Positions 1-11,204 of a DNA stretch of 64,000 nucleotides are shown here, piece by piece. The position numbers were made by a program, and so were the translations under genes. Positions within the stretch are counted from its first letter, which is position 1. Every line of letters starts with the position of its first letter. The DNA comes from Candidatus Freyarchaeum deiterrae (lineage in GTDB: Archaea > Asgardarchaeota > Jordiarchaeia > Jordiarchaeales > Jordiarchaeaceae). Where the stretch lies: NCBI GenBank assembly GCA_037305845.1, contig CP147778.1, positions 1,280,001 through 1,344,000 of the forward strand. Reading direction: 5' to 3'. The notes beneath the pieces were generated by a model. That model worked only from the letters and a program-made list of their open reading frames with translations. It searched no databases and was not told the DNA's origin.

Positions 1-586
1 AAGCTCTCGCCGTAACAAGGATAAAGAAAACAAGACCCAGAATCAAGGGAATCGCAAAAACGAAAGCGATATTCCCACCAGTTACCATCTGAATCCAAGA
101 TTGCAGACTATCCAGAATCGTGGGAAATACCGAAATGAAATACGGATTCCCACTATACAGCAACTGTATAGAAATTTGCAGATTAGCTGTACTGTTCGAG
201 CCCGTTTGAGCGGGGAAGAAAAGGATGTATAAAGTGGCCGCCACCCCCACAACTATCCCCAAAATAAACGTAAGAAGCGTGGATTCCGTGATTAAATCAT
301 CTTTCTCCTCCTTAGGATAAAAAGCAGAAATAGTGGAACTCAAACCCAAAATAGGAATAGAAGACAAAAAGAAACCCAAAGAAAGATAATAGTTTAAATA
401 ACCATAATCGGAAACGCCCAGCATTCTCGCAGCAAGCAGATAAAACACTCCGCCTAAAACAGCGTTAACCAAGTTACCAGCAGTGACATAAATGAAACCC
501 CTGTTTTTCAGCCCCTTTTTAACCATGCCGAACAATGAACCCGAATTTGTCTTAGTAGGTGCACTCCGACTTTTCCGCTCAGACAT
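1..586 (-). CDS. Oligosaccharide flippase / polysaccharide transporter (Wzx/MOP-like), runs off the window edge
   Basis: Not in ORF track. ATG at 586 opens MSERKSRSAP...GFIYVTAGNLVNAVLGGVFYLLAARMLGVSDYGYLNYYLSLG, the typical flippase N-terminus (ARxLGxxxYG), followed by hydrophobic segments with no stop to base 1. Confidence 0.75.
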   Translation of the reverse strand, partial: MSERKSRSAPTKTNSGSLFGMVKKGLKNRGFIYVTAGNLVNAVLGGVFYLLAARMLGVSDYGYLNYYLSLGFFLSSIPILGLSSTISAFYPKEEKDDLITESTLLTFILGIVVGVAATLYILFFPAQTGSNSTANLQISIQLLYSGNPYFISVFPTILDSLQSWIQMVTGGNIAFVFAIPLILGLVFFILVTARA

Positions 587-1172
587 GTGGATACCCCTTG
601 TGTAGATAAAAGGAATAGTGAACAGACTACAGATGCAAAACTTTCCTTGTAACTGGTTTGATAAACTAAATGTGAATAGATAGTAAAGATAAAATGAAGT
701 AGTAATAAATTCCTATAAACCTTTTGATTAAAAAAAGCGGATTAGATTAAACCTGAAGCGTCCACCCAAGAGGAAGGATTAGGAAATCCAAGTTACCTTG
801 AGACTAGATTGGCTTCATCAGCCTTCATAGTATTTGAAAAAAAAGACTTATATAATTACTCAAATACTGAGAATAGTACCCAAATCAAATTATGTACGAA
901 GCCAAACTTACCAAGAGGTCATAGAAGGAATATCCTGTTTGTTCAATTTTTTCCAATTCAAAAACAGGACTCAAAAAGGAAAGAAAAATAATCTCCGGAA
1001 TTCGCTAGAATAACTAAAAAGTGTATAATAAGAATACTGTTCCGATAAAAGTAATTACAAACACTCAATTAAAAAAATAGCCTACAAAAGAGAAAAGTAT
1101 CCGAAAACATAAGAAAACAATCCCCACATAAAGGAATTCTAAAAAACACCGAAATGAGGGAGCAAGAATAGA

Positions 1173-2042
1173 ATGAAGATCACAAAAAATGTGAAAGATG
1201 AAAACAATTCGAAGAAGTATTTATCATCCTCTCCCTCTAGCACACAAGAACCTGCAAAGGTTCAAAACAGTGACAAACAATACTTGGTCAACAACGCGTT
1301 TTCCACATTGGACTCCTTTAGCATAAACAATGTGGAAAAAACGGAAATAGAAGTCTCAGTCGTCATACCCTGTCTAAATGAAGAACCAACAATAGGAGAA
1401 TGCATCAAAAAGGTCAAAAACGTGTTCGGAAATCTAAATCTACGTGGTGAAATAATAGTTTCAGACAGTTCCACAGACAACTCCCCCGTAATCGCAAAAA
1501 AATTAGGAGCCAAAGTGGTTAACCCCACTCAAATGGGCTACGGCAGCGCGTATCAAACCGGATTTTCAGAAGCGAGAGGAAAATATATAATTATGGCTGA
1601 TGCTGATGGAACATACGACCTCCAAGAAATATCCAAATTCATAAAAATACTAAAAAATAATGATGTAGACATAGCAATAGGGACTAGGCTCAAAGGCAAA
1701 ATCTTTCCCGGAGCTATGCCAAGACTACACAGATATGTAGGAAACCCACTCCTAACCCTTACCACAAACATACTATTCGGAACCAGAATATCAGATACGA
1801 ACTGTGGAATGAGGGCGATCACTAAAAAAGCGTGGGAAAAAATAAAAGCCTTATCACCGGGAATGGAGTTCGCATCCGAAATATTAATCAAAGCTGCAAA
1901 AAATAAACTGAAAATTGTAGAAATACCCATAACATACTATCCAAGACAAGGTCGACCCTCCAAGCTAAATCCATTAAAAGACGGTTTCAGACACCTAAAA
2001 CTCCTAATAAAATTACGGTTTACAAACCCATTTCCAAAATAA
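1173..2042 (+). CDS. GT2 glycosyltransferase, dolichol-phosphate hexosyltransferase (DPM-like)
   Basis: SVVIPCLNEE, SDSSTD, GYGSA, MADADGTYD, DTNCGMRA, GMEFASE motifs. Confidence 0.9.
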   Translation: MKITKNVKDENNSKKYLSSSPSSTQEPAKVQNSDKQYLVNNAFSTLDSFSINNVEKTEIEVSVVIPCLNEEPTIGECIKKVKNVFGNLNLRGEIIVSDSSTDNSPVIAKKLGAKVVNPTQMGYGSAYQTGFSEARGKYIIMADADGTYDLQEISKFIKILKNNDVDIAIGTRLKGKIFPGAMPRLHRYVGNPLLTLTTNILFGTRISDTNCGMRAITKKAWEKIKALSPGMEFASEILIKAAKNKLKIVEIPITYYPRQGRPSKLNPLKDGFRHLKLLIKLRFTNPFPK

Positions 2043-2130
2043 GTCTCCAAAGGTATAAACGACTAATTGGACGCCCAAACCACCTTCCCTTGATAGGGTA
2101 TACGAAAACCAGAAATGGGAGGTAGCAATC

Positions 2131-2571
2131 TTGATTTGGAGTGACAAAAACGTCTTAGTTGCCGGGGGTGCAGGATTTACCGGTTCCCACTTGGTAAAAA
2201 GATTGCTTGACCTAGGAAGTGTCATATCCGTCGCTGATGAATTCTCTAGAAGTAAAAGAAAGAACATGGAGCCTTTCCTAGACGAGATACACCTCCATAT
2301 ATTAGATTTAGCAAAGCTCGAGAACTGCTTAAAGGCTACGAAAGATATAGATTACGTTTTTCATCTAGCGGCACGCGTTAAGAAACCTAAATCTACGTGG
2401 CGGAATAATAGTCTCAGACCGCCCCACAGACAACTTCCCTCCTTAATTGCAGAAAATAAAGGAGCAAAAGTGGTCCACTCCAACGAAAAACGCTACTGCA
2501 ACGCGTACCTAACCGGATTATTTGAAACGAGAGGGAAATACATATTTATGGCCGACGCAGACGGCACATAA
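2131..2571 (+). pseudogene. Chimeric fragment: N-terminus of an NAD-dependent epimerase fused to a degraded copy of part of the upstream GT2
   Basis: VLVAGGAGFTGSHL...VFHLAARV up to ~2378; ~2383-2570 aligns by eye to ~1430-1615 (ends RGKYIFMADADGT*). Confidence 0.8.
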
Positions 2572-2646
2572 ATTGTTTGTTTCTGGAAAGAAATAACATG
2601 ATTAATACTAAGTTATCAAAAATGGCCTTGAGGGAGAGATAATACA

Positions 2647-3690
2647 ATGAGAAAAGCATTGATAACGGGGATTACAGGACAAGACGGTTCTTACTTAGCT
2701 GAATTTTTGCTAAGTAAGGGTTATGAGATTCACGGTATTATCCGAAGGGCGTCTACGTTCAATACAAAGAGGATAGACCATATTTACGTTGATCCTCATG
2801 ATCCAGATGCTAGATTATTTCTCCACTATGGAGATCTCTCAGATTCTGAACAGATAACAAACATAATCTACAATTTAAAACCTGATGAAATCTATAATTT
2901 GGGTGCTCAAACCCATGTTCGTGTTAGTTTTGATACACCTGAATACACAGGCAACGTTACCGCACTCGGCACAACAAGACTGTTAGAAGCAATAAGAAGA
3001 AGTGGAAATAGGGTGAAATTTTACCAAGCTTCAAGTAGTGAGATGTTTGGCGAATCTCCGCCACCACAAAATGAAGAAACGCCTTTTAAACCGAACAGCC
3101 CTTACGCATGCGCTAAAGTCTATTCGTATTGGATGACGAAGATTTACCGGGATGGGTATAAAATATCCGCCTACAATGGAATATTGTTCAATCATGAATC
3201 CCCGAGGAGGGGTGAGATCTTCGTAACGAAAAAAATCACAAGGGGCATAGCGAGAATTCTTGCTAAAAAAGAGAAATATTTGTACTTAGGGAATTTAGAA
3301 ACGAAAAGGGACTGGGGATACGCGCCCGAATATGTTGAATGTATGTGGACGATGTTGCAAAATGGACAACCAGAAGATTTTGTCCTAGGAACAGGGGAAG
3401 CTCATTCAGTAAGGGAATTTTTGGAAGCAGCCTCCTCATACGCAATGTTCGATATAGAAGAACATGTAAAAATTGACCCGAGATATTTCAGACCAATAGA
3501 CGTTGATGTGTTAGTTGCGGATCCTACAAAAGCAAAGAAGAAGTTAAATTGGAATCCAAAGATCAAATTTGAAGATTTGGTTAAGATTATGGTGGATGCA
3601 GATATGAGGGCTGAGGGATTAGAGCCTATTGGGGAGGGCGATAAAATCATAAAAAAGAAGTTTCCGAATAGATGGTGGGATGTAGATTAA
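2647..3690 (+). CDS. gmd: GDP-mannose 4,6-dehydratase
   Basis: [52 protein letters not shown]. Confidence 0.97.
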   Translation: MRKALITGITGQDGSYLAEFLLSKGYEIHGIIRRASTFNTKRIDHIYVDPHDPDARLFLHYGDLSDSEQITNIIYNLKPDEIYNLGAQTHVRVSFDTPEYTGNVTALGTTRLLEAIRRSGNRVKFYQASSSEMFGESPPPQNEETPFKPNSPYACAKVYSYWMTKIYRDGYKISAYNGILFNHESPRRGEIFVTKKITRGIARILAKKEKYLYLGNLETKRDWGYAPEYVECMWTMLQNGQPEDFVLGTGEAHSVREFLEAASSYAMFDIEEHVKIDPRYFRPIDVDVLVADPTKAKKKLNWNPKIKFEDLVKIMVDADMRAEGLEPIGEGDKIIKKKFPNRWWDVD

Positions 3691-3877
3691 TGTGGAGAGA
3701 CAATAAGAAGATCCCAAAATATTGTCAAGTTCATTCTAAAGAAATCTTTTTAGATGGTGATTAGGAAAACAAATTAAACTATTTGGAGAAAAATATAAAG
3801 CGTTTAACGATTCGAATAACAGATTCAAAAACAGTAGAATCCCCAAATAGTCGAGACAATAAAGAAGGTAGGTAACC

Positions 3878-4816
3878 ATAACATTTTGGAAAAATAAAAA
3901 AGTCTTAGTAACTGGCGGTGCAGGATTTTTAGGTTCTTTCGTAGTAGACAAACTAAAAGAAAAAGGAATGAAGGAAGAAAACATAAGAATACCAAGAAGT
4001 AAAAATAATGACCTAAAGCAGTGGAAAAACTGCGCTAAAGTAGTAAAAGATATTGATATAATTATCCATTTGGCTGCGAGGGTAGGAGGTATCGGATACA
4101 ACCAAAAATATCCCGCTACACTTTTTTACGATAACGCTATAATGGGAATTCAAATGATAGAAGCAGCGAGACAGGAAAATGTTGAAAAACTTGTAGCAAT
4201 GGGAACTATTTGTGCTTATCCAAAATTCACACCAGTTCCATTTAAAGAAGAAGATTTGTGGAAAGGGTATCCAGAAGAAACAAATGCACCCTATGGGTTG
4301 GCAAAGAAGATGATGCTTGTTCAGGCTCAGGCTTACAGGCAACAATATGGATTTAATTGCATTTATTTGCTCCCGGTGAACTTATACGGTCCGAGAGATA
4401 ATTTTGATCCCGAGCATTCGCACGTTATTCCTGCATTGATCAAGAGGATATTTGATGCAAAGGAATCCGGTGAAGAATATATAACTGTGTGGGGGACTGG
4501 GAAGGCAACAAGGGAGTTTTTGTACGTTGAGGACGCTGCCGAAGGAATAATATTAGCTACAGAAAAGTATAACAAACCAGAACCGATAAACCTAGGCGCT
4601 GGATTTGAAATTTCAATAAAAGCTCTTGTTGAGTTAATAGTAGATATTACTGGGTTCGATGGAGAGATAAGATGGGATAAAAGTAAGCCGGATGGACAGC
4701 CTAGAAGATGTTTAGATGTTAGTAAAGCAAAGGAAGAGTTTGGGTTCGAGGCGAAGGTGGGTTTCAAAGAGGGGCTTAAGAGGGCGGTTGAGTGGTATAC
4801 AAACAATATTAGATAA
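3878..4816 (+). CDS. fcl: GDP-L-fucose synthase; probable start is ATA at 3878 (ORF track starts at 3968)
   Basis: [45 protein letters not shown]. The Rossmann motif [14 protein letters not shown] is in frame upstream of ATG 3968 and an in-frame TAG is at 3869. Confidence 0.92.
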   Translation: MTFWKNKKVLVTGGAGFLGSFVVDKLKEKGMKEENIRIPRSKNNDLKQWKNCAKVVKDIDIIIHLAARVGGIGYNQKYPATLFYDNAIMGIQMIEAARQENVEKLVAMGTICAYPKFTPVPFKEEDLWKGYPEETNAPYGLAKKMMLVQAQAYRQQYGFNCIYLLPVNLYGPRDNFDPEHSHVIPALIKRIFDAKESGEEYITVWGTGKATREFLYVEDAAEGIILATEKYNKPEPINLGAGFEISIKALVELIVDITGFDGEIRWDKSKPDGQPRRCLDVSKAKEEFGFEAKVGFKEGLKRAVEWYTNNIR

Positions 4817-4838
4817 TATAATGGTTTGTTGGTGAAAA

Positions 4839-4978
4839 ATGACAAAAGCAAGCTTTATATTACCAACGAGAAACGCAGAAAAACATTGGGAATTTATTTG
4901 AAAGCATATTCTCTCAAGACTATAAGGAAGAAATCGAAGTATTAATTATGGACTCTTCCGAGGACAGAACTCCAGAAA
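4839..4978 (+). pseudogene. GT2 N-terminal fragment, frameshifted
   Basis: MTKASFILPTRNAEK, then in another frame SIFSQDYKEEIEVLIMDSSEDRTPE; truncated at ~4978. Confidence 0.7.
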
Positions 4979-5298
4979 GGATTGGCTGGATAAGCTTTTT
5001 CTTCCTCAAATCTGTTGACGGCTAATGTTTTCTCTCAGTATACGCAGGCAGAACTGGTAAAAAGAAATCTTCCCACATAATTTATTTTAACGGATTCCAG
5101 CATATTAGTGTTCATTAAAAGACTGGGAGTGGATTCTCCAACGTTTTCTTTCTTTACATAGCGTATCCGCTTACCGATGCTGTTAGATAAAAACTTAGTT
5201 TATGTCCTCTGTAGCCTTTAAGCAGTTTTCGAGCTTTGTTAAATCTAATATATGAAGGTGTATCTCGTCTAGGAAAGGCTCTATGTTCTTTCTTTTAC
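4979..5298 (-). pseudogene. NAD-dependent epimerase remnant (GDP-mannose 3,5-epimerase-like)
   Basis: Minus strand reads KRKNIEPFLDEIHLHILDLTKLENCLKATEDIN* ... LMNTNMLES...RFLFTSSACVY*...EEEKAYPANP with stops and frameshifts; its 5' part is a near-identical inverted copy of ~2251-2365. Confidence 0.8.
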
Positions 5299-5679
5299 CT
5301 CCCCCTCCACGAGAGCCATTACCCTCAAGAAAATCGTCGTGTTGGAGATGTTTAGTCGGGCACCCGCGAGTCCGAAGAGGGTTTGGGTGAAGACCTTGAG
5401 TTGCCGGTAAGGGGAGCTTGAGGCAGATCCGGAGCAAGGCGAGGATTCAGACGATGCTGTCTGTGTATTTGAAGGGTCGCCCCACCTTGTCCTCGTTCAT
5501 TCTCCTGAGCTCCTCTCTGGGGCTCTAACCCCGCTTTAAGAAGCAGGATCAGCTCCCCCCTCTTAACCAGCTTGTCATCAACCACTAATAGTAACCTCCA
5601 GTAAGGGAAAGAAATACAGAAGGAGGAGGGAAAAATAAGTTTTATTCCCTTTGAGGGGGCAAGCAAAGGTGAACAGAGC
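5299..5679 (-). mobile_element. IS5-family insertion sequence relic (left end plus degraded transposase N-terminus)
   Basis: GC-richer patch. Frame-corrected peptide DKLVKRGELIL...REELRRMNEDKVGRPFKYTDSIV*ILALLRICLKLP-RQLKVF...NTTIFLRV resembles archaeal IS5 transposases (LVRRGE..GRP..Y..LPYRQ..STI.RR). Terminal repeat GCTCTGTTCAC starts at 5679. Confidence 0.75.
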
Positions 5680-5741
5680 TAATTTATCAAACAAGCAGAT
5701 AAAGCACAAAATTAATAAGATTCTATTACAAAAATCATTCC

Positions 5742-5960
5742 ATGAACTCGATACCCCCAGCCATCAGGAAACTCGTAGTTGACGGGTTCAAAGACAAAAT
5801 ATCTGTAAAAGTCGAAAATCATTACACCGACGCCTTAATAAACTCACTCAACCAAGGAAAGTGTACTTACCTCCAAGGAAGGTTTAACCACGCGAAAGGA
5901 AACATAATTATTACAATGGATGGTGACTCGCCTCACAAAGCTAAGGAGATGAGGGGTTGA
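5742..5960 (+). pseudogene. Degraded GT2 fragment
   Basis: KLVVDG.. and AKGNIIITMDGDSPH remnants, only 72 aa. Confidence 0.6.
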
Positions 5961-6748
5961 ATAGTGAAGCCCAGGGAAGAGCGATGAACAGTATAAGTCA
6001 AAACAAGTATAGCACATCGAAGTCAGTGATTGTTATAATACCCACTTTAAATGAAGAACACGGCATAGGCTTGACTATTGAAGAAGTTAAAAAAAACATT
6101 GATGCAGAAATCATAAATATTGACGCAAATAGTGTTGATAAGACACAGGAAATTGCCGCAAGCCTAGGTGCTAAGGTAATAAAGCAAAGAGGCTTTGGCA
6201 AGGGAGTGGCAATAGCCCAAGCTCTCCAATGTTTGAACCAAAATACAAAATACATAGTCATAATGGACGGCGATTATACCTATTCAGCCACCTACATTCC
6301 ACAAATGCTGAAAGTCTTGGAAAAGAATACAGATTTCGAAATGGTGACTGGGAAAAGGTTTAGTAATGATGATGCACTTCTCACTCATTTTAAGAGAATT
6401 GTAAAGAGCCCTTACTGGTTTGGCAATTACGCCATTGCATTCACTCACCGAATATTGAATAATGTTTCGATGAATGATCCCCTCACCGGCCTTCGTGTTA
6501 TAAGATTTGACTGCATAAAATATTTTCAACCTAAAGCAAAAAGCTTTGATATCGAAGTCGAACTTAATAATTATATCAAAAAACAAGGAGGCAAAATCTT
6601 CGAAATCCCTATCGAATATCGCCAGAGGCTAGGTGAGAAGAAGCTCAAAACAAGACACGCCTTCATCATATTTATGAGAATGGTGGTTATGGCAGTCGAG
6701 GATTTTTTACTACGAATAAAGTCAAGTTTGAGAAACAAAAATAAATGA
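5957..6748 (+). CDS. GT2 glycosyltransferase (AglJ/DPM-like)
   Basis: IIPTLNEE, IDANSVDKT, GKGVAI, MDGDYTY, DPLTGLR, FDIEVE, YRQRLGEKKL. Confidence 0.9.
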   Translation: MNSEAQGRAMNSISQNKYSTSKSVIVIIPTLNEEHGIGLTIEEVKKNIDAEIINIDANSVDKTQEIAASLGAKVIKQRGFGKGVAIAQALQCLNQNTKYIVIMDGDYTYSATYIPQMLKVLEKNTDFEMVTGKRFSNDDALLTHFKRIVKSPYWFGNYAIAFTHRILNNVSMNDPLTGLRVIRFDCIKYFQPKAKSFDIEVELNNYIKKQGGKIFEIPIEYRQRLGEKKLKTRHAFIIFMRMVVMAVEDFLLRIKSSLRNKNK

Positions 6749-6881
6749 GAAAAATGCAGGGCAAGCTAACCCCCAAACCGTAAATAATTTAAATCTCTAC
6801 AAAATACCGTTAAAAAATATTTGACCTAAAACTCAGAGTATATCTAAAACAATTTGAACGCTTCAAAAAAACATATGACTC

Positions 6882-7097
6882 ATGAAGGTAACCACGATGC
6901 AAACTTTTTCGGAATATGAAGATAAAATTGTTTTAGTAACTGGCGGGGCAGGATTTATAGGTTCTCACTTAGTGAAGAAAATGTTGGATATTGAAAATCT
7001 TGTTCATGTTGCAGATAATTTCTCAATAGGGAGAATAGAGAACATCACGATAGAAAAAGTGAAAGCAAAATTGGAAACTCTTCTTATGGAACGCTAA
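6882..7097 (+). pseudogene. NAD-dependent epimerase N-terminal fragment
   Basis: [15 protein letters not shown]...VADNFSIGRIENI then stops at 71 aa. Confidence 0.75.
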
Positions 7098-7110
7098 GGA
7101 AGGTGTTAAA

Positions 7111-8286
7111 ATGAAGTTTTTAGTAGTAGCACAAGCTCTTGACCTAAAATATAGACTTGGGTGCGTTCCCTCGTGGTGGCAGTTATTAAAGGCTCTTCAT
7201 GAAGTAGGAAACGAAGTCATAGTTACTCCTTATCTTGGCAAACCAATAGAAAGTTTATGGTGGAGAATTTATGGAAACCCATGCACCAGAGAAAGCATAA
7301 TGTTTAACTCTTATTTGGAGAGGAAAAAGAGAAAAGGTGAAGCGCCAAATGGAAAAAGTTTGCTTTCACCCGTTTTTGACCTGCTTATAAAACGCTATAT
7401 AAGACCTAAATGGGAGAGGCATTTGATGAAAATAATAAAAAAAGAGAGGGATGTTGATGTTATACTGATGCTGGGCATTCCTATTAACCATATTAATGGT
7501 ATACCTTCTAAAATTAAGAAAACTTTCGACATCCCAATAGCCTATTATGAGGGAGATATGCCGACTATTTTGCCTAAATATGCAGTTGACAGGGAATTCA
7601 AATTTAACTACTACGAAGGCGCCGATTTATCCGAGTTTGACGCATTTTTCTCCAACTCTAAGGGAGTTGTGCCAGAGTTGGAAGAAGCAGGAGCGAAAAA
7701 TGTCCATGCTTTGTATTGGGCTATTGATCCGATGCTCTTTACGCCAGTAAATGTCAAGAAAGATATAGACATTTCATTTTACGGACACGGTAGTGAACTA
7801 CGTGAAGAGTGGATGGAAAAAATGATTACAAATCCGAGTAAAAAAATGCCTGACGTAAACTTTTCAATTGGAGGAGGAAATTTCAGAATAGATTTAGGTA
7901 ACGCTAAATTGGTTGGTCCTATTCCATTCAGTGCATTTAGAAATTTTTGTTGCAGAAGTAAAATCAATCTCAATATTACAAGATGGACGCATACAAATGT
8001 TTATGCTTCCGCAACAGCTAGGCCCTTCGAATTAGCTGCATATGGCGCTTGCATTGTTTCGCAGCCTTACAATGGAATCGAGGAGTGGTTTAAAGTAGGA
8101 AAAGAATTATTTGTGGCGAACAGCGAAGAAGAAGCAATGGAGTTGTATAAATGGTTGCTTGATGATGAAGAAGAAAGAGAAAAAGCGGGTAAAAAAGCTA
8201 GAGAGAGAATATTGAAGGAACATACTTTCCACCACAGAGCAAATGAAATGGTTAAAATTATAAAGAGCACTAATAGCGGGATATAA
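7111..8286 (+). CDS. GT-B glycosyltransferase, CgeB-like (GT4-related)
   Basis: SKINLNITR, RPFELAAYGACIVS, ARERILKEHTFHHRA C-terminal signature. Confidence 0.85.
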   Translation: MKFLVVAQALDLKYRLGCVPSWWQLLKALHEVGNEVIVTPYLGKPIESLWWRIYGNPCTRESIMFNSYLERKKRKGEAPNGKSLLSPVFDLLIKRYIRPKWERHLMKIIKKERDVDVILMLGIPINHINGIPSKIKKTFDIPIAYYEGDMPTILPKYAVDREFKFNYYEGADLSEFDAFFSNSKGVVPELEEAGAKNVHALYWAIDPMLFTPVNVKKDIDISFYGHGSELREEWMEKMITNPSKKMPDVNFSIGGGNFRIDLGNAKLVGPIPFSAFRNFCCRSKINLNITRWTHTNVYASATARPFELAAYGACIVSQPYNGIEEWFKVGKELFVANSEEEAMELYKWLLDDEEEREKAGKKARERILKEHTFHHRANEMVKIIKSTNSGI

Positions 8287-8299
8287 AATCGGGTATGAC

Positions 8300-8614
8300 A
8301 GTGAAGAAATAGTCTACTATTCGTATAGTTATACGCTAAAAAATGTCTTCCAACAAGACCTTGATTCTGATGCCACAATGCACTATGTTTATGACCAAAG
8401 AGTTAAAGAATACTCCATGAAAAACTTCATGCTAGACGAGATAAGAATATACATTAAGAAAGTACAACTTTATGGCAAGAAATGGCCACGTCTCTTGGAT
8501 CCAGTATGCGACAATAACGATGTATTCAAACTTCCAGGTATGGTCCTAAGCTCAAGACAGAAACGTATGCCACTATGGCTAAAAAAGGCACTATCCAAAA
8601 AGAAAAATCCCTAA
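8300..8614 (+). pseudogene. Possible degraded glycosyltransferase C-terminal remnant
   Basis: YYSYSYTLKNVFQQ resembles the GT2 'VYHSHNY.L..VF' segment; broken frames. Confidence 0.3.
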
Positions 8615-8798
8615 GACAAATACAATGATGTCATAAATCAAGAAGTAATTAGCAAATTTAAAACGCTTATGTAGGGGAAAGTATTACAATTTTTACCTCT
8701 AAATTTATATTAGGAAATTGAAAATGATTATTTTTGATAAATAAAAACACTCTTAAAGAATATTTAATTATGCATGTAAATGTAATGAGGTTATCTTA

Positions 8799-9470
8799 AT
8801 GTCTCAACTATTACGTCTCTATGAAAGAAACAAGTATTTCCGTGCCCTAGTTCAAAAAATGGGCGTACGCGGAGCAGGCTACACCGATATCTCCTCCGAA
8901 CGCTTTATCGAGTATTCTTGGTCCTTCATAAATCTTGAAGAAAAAACCGGGAGAATACTCGATGTAGGTTCTACTGGATCCTATTTTCCTCTCGCACTTG
9001 CTTGTTTAGGATACGAAGTATACACATCCGATGTAAGACCTTATGAATACAGTTTTCTCCTACCAAATCTTAAGAGCGTAACGGGAGATATTAGGCATAC
9101 GAAATTTCCAAATGATTTCTTTAAAATAGTTACATCAATATCAACGATTGAGCATATAGGCTTGGGAAGATATGGAGATCCCATAGACAAAGAAGGAGAT
9201 AAAAGGGCTATAAAAGAGATAGAGAGAATTTTATTGAGGAACGGGAAATTACTTCTAACAGTACCATATGGAAAATCGACAGTCACACAATTGCACAGAG
9301 TTTATAATGCTAGTCAACTCCAATTAATGCTTAAGAATTTCAAAATAGAAAGGGAGGATTACTTTTTGAAAAAAACAGGCTATTGGGTGCGTGTTTCAAA
9401 GGAAGATTTAACGGACGCCGACTCCCAGAAAAATGTTATTGGAATTGCCTGCATAAAGTGCATCAAATAA
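8799..9470 (+). CDS. Class I SAM-dependent methyltransferase (DUF268-like)
   Basis: ERFIEY, ILDVGS, SISTIEHIGLGRYGDPID, LLLTVPYG. Confidence 0.85.
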   Translation: MSQLLRLYERNKYFRALVQKMGVRGAGYTDISSERFIEYSWSFINLEEKTGRILDVGSTGSYFPLALACLGYEVYTSDVRPYEYSFLLPNLKSVTGDIRHTKFPNDFFKIVTSISTIEHIGLGRYGDPIDKEGDKRAIKEIERILLRNGKLLLTVPYGKSTVTQLHRVYNASQLQLMLKNFKIEREDYFLKKTGYWVRVSKEDLTDADSQKNVIGIACIKCIK

Positions 9471-9516
9471 CTTTAAAGAAATCTTAAGTGGCTACCAAAC
9501 TTAGGAGGCATTAAAA

Positions 9517-10518
9517 ATAAGAGGTTTTAGAAAGAACGGGAAAAATTCGAGAGTATGCAACATTTCTGTGATTATTCCCGCATATAATGAAGAAAAAATG
9601 ATTGGAAAATCATTAGTAGAGATCTTAAAATTGGATTATAATAATTTGGAGATACTTGTCTGTTTAGATGGATGTACAGATGGTACAGAACGTGTTGTTA
9701 ATGATACCATTAACAAATACAAGACCACAGATAAAAGAGTATTAATTCTTAAAAATAAAGAAAGGTTAGGAAAAGCAGCCACAATAATGAAATTACTGAA
9801 AACGGCAACGGGTGAAATTATAGTATTAAATGATGCTGATTGGAAATTTCTGGCAAATAAAGAAGAATTTGATAAATTAATCAGATGTTTCGATGACCCT
9901 AAAGTCGGTGGAGTGCATATAGGAACTACATTAGGTTTTTTGGAAAATGCAGAAAACGCCTCGAAATTAAAGTCAACTCTCTACTTGGGAAACGCTTGGG
10001 CATGCATTTTTATAACAAAATATCAAATAGAAAGATTTACGAAACGCATTAACGGTAAATTGTATGTTGATAAAGATAAAATGGGATTTCCTTTCGAGAT
10101 AGATATTTTTAGGAAGGAACTTATAGGCGACATTCATACAACTTGTGATGATAGTGAATTCAGTTATCAAATTTTACGAAAAGGATATGAGGTGCAGGTC
10201 GTAATAGAGGAGGGCTATCCTAGATTTGAAGATATGAATAGGATACTTACATTTAAAGATGTCATTAAGACAAAAATTAGAGGGGAGGCCGGACGCAAAT
10301 TACTTACCAAAGAATTTAATGCAAATTTTGTTACATTTTATTTTAAAATCTCCATGTATATGTTGTTTAATATATTTAGAGTAAAAACTTCAAGGGCAAA
10401 GATTGGCTTATTGGCCTGGATATATTTAACGATAATTTCAGTGGTGGCATCAAAGCTGTTGATACGAAGAAGTCGTTCGACAAGAGTGATGTGGAGTATG
10501 AAAGTGAGAAGAGAATAG
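9517..10518 (+). CDS. GT2 glycosyltransferase with C-terminal hydrophobic helices; probable ATA start at 9517 (track: 9568)
   Basis: NISVIIPAYNEE, LDGCTDGT, GKAA, LNDAD, CDDSE; AGGAGG at 9503-9508. Confidence 0.85.
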   Translation: MRGFRKNGKNSRVCNISVIIPAYNEEKMIGKSLVEILKLDYNNLEILVCLDGCTDGTERVVNDTINKYKTTDKRVLILKNKERLGKAATIMKLLKTATGEIIVLNDADWKFLANKEEFDKLIRCFDDPKVGGVHIGTTLGFLENAENASKLKSTLYLGNAWACIFITKYQIERFTKRINGKLYVDKDKMGFPFEIDIFRKELIGDIHTTCDDSEFSYQILRKGYEVQVVIEEGYPRFEDMNRILTFKDVIKTKIRGEAGRKLLTKEFNANFVTFYFKISMYMLFNIFRVKTSRAKIGLLAWIYLTIISVVASKLLIRRSRSTRVMWSMKVRRE

Positions 10519-10546
10519 CTTCTTAAATTTGTTGAGGAGGTATGTA

Positions 10547-11204
10547 ATGGTTTGCAAGCAGAATTATGATTCTTTATATTATCAATATCGTGATCCCAAT
10601 AGTTTAATGTATAAAAAGTTGCGAGCTGTAGATGGATACATAAGTGCCGGGAGTTGCCTTTTAGATATTGGTATGGGCATAGGAGAATTGATTGAATTAG
10701 AAAAACAAAAATTCGAGAAGATGTATGGAATCGATGTGTGTGAAGAATCTGTTAAGATCTGTCGTAAACGATTTAAAAAAAAATGAAAAAATTTGTATTA
10801 TGCAAGCTGATATAAACGGACTGAAGCATCTATTTAAAGTCGAAAAATTCGATTATATCGCCTGTTTAGACGTATTAGAGCACATTAAGGTAGAGGATTG
10901 CAGAAAAACCTTGAACAGTATTTATAATATCCTTAAAAATAGCGGTAAACTTATCTTTACAGGCCTTTGTCTTTTTGAAAAATTTAGGATATTTTTGGGT
11001 CGATCCCCAACACATTTACATTCGCATTCGTCTTATGGCTGGAAAAAAATGATTGAAAAGGCGGGTTTTAATGTAATAAATGTTGAAACGGTTGAATTCC
11101 CACTACTCCATAGTACTTTTTTAAGGAAAAGGTTTCATCTTTTTGGTAAATGCTGCTTAATTGTAGCTGAAAAAAGAAATAATCCTTTGAGGGATTTTAG
11201 ATGA
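10547..11204 (+). pseudogene. Class I SAM-dependent methyltransferase split by a frameshift in an A9 tract (10775-10783)
   Basis: ORF 10529-10786 has LLDIGMGIG and YGIDV; ORF 10725-11204 has FDYIACLDVLEHI and ILKNSGKL; deleting one A joins them. Confidence 0.85.

Noticed and set aside
5299-5560. GC-rich stretch considered as SRP or RNase P RNA
   Set aside because: It translates on the minus strand into a degraded IS5 transposase and lacks the conserved RNA motifs
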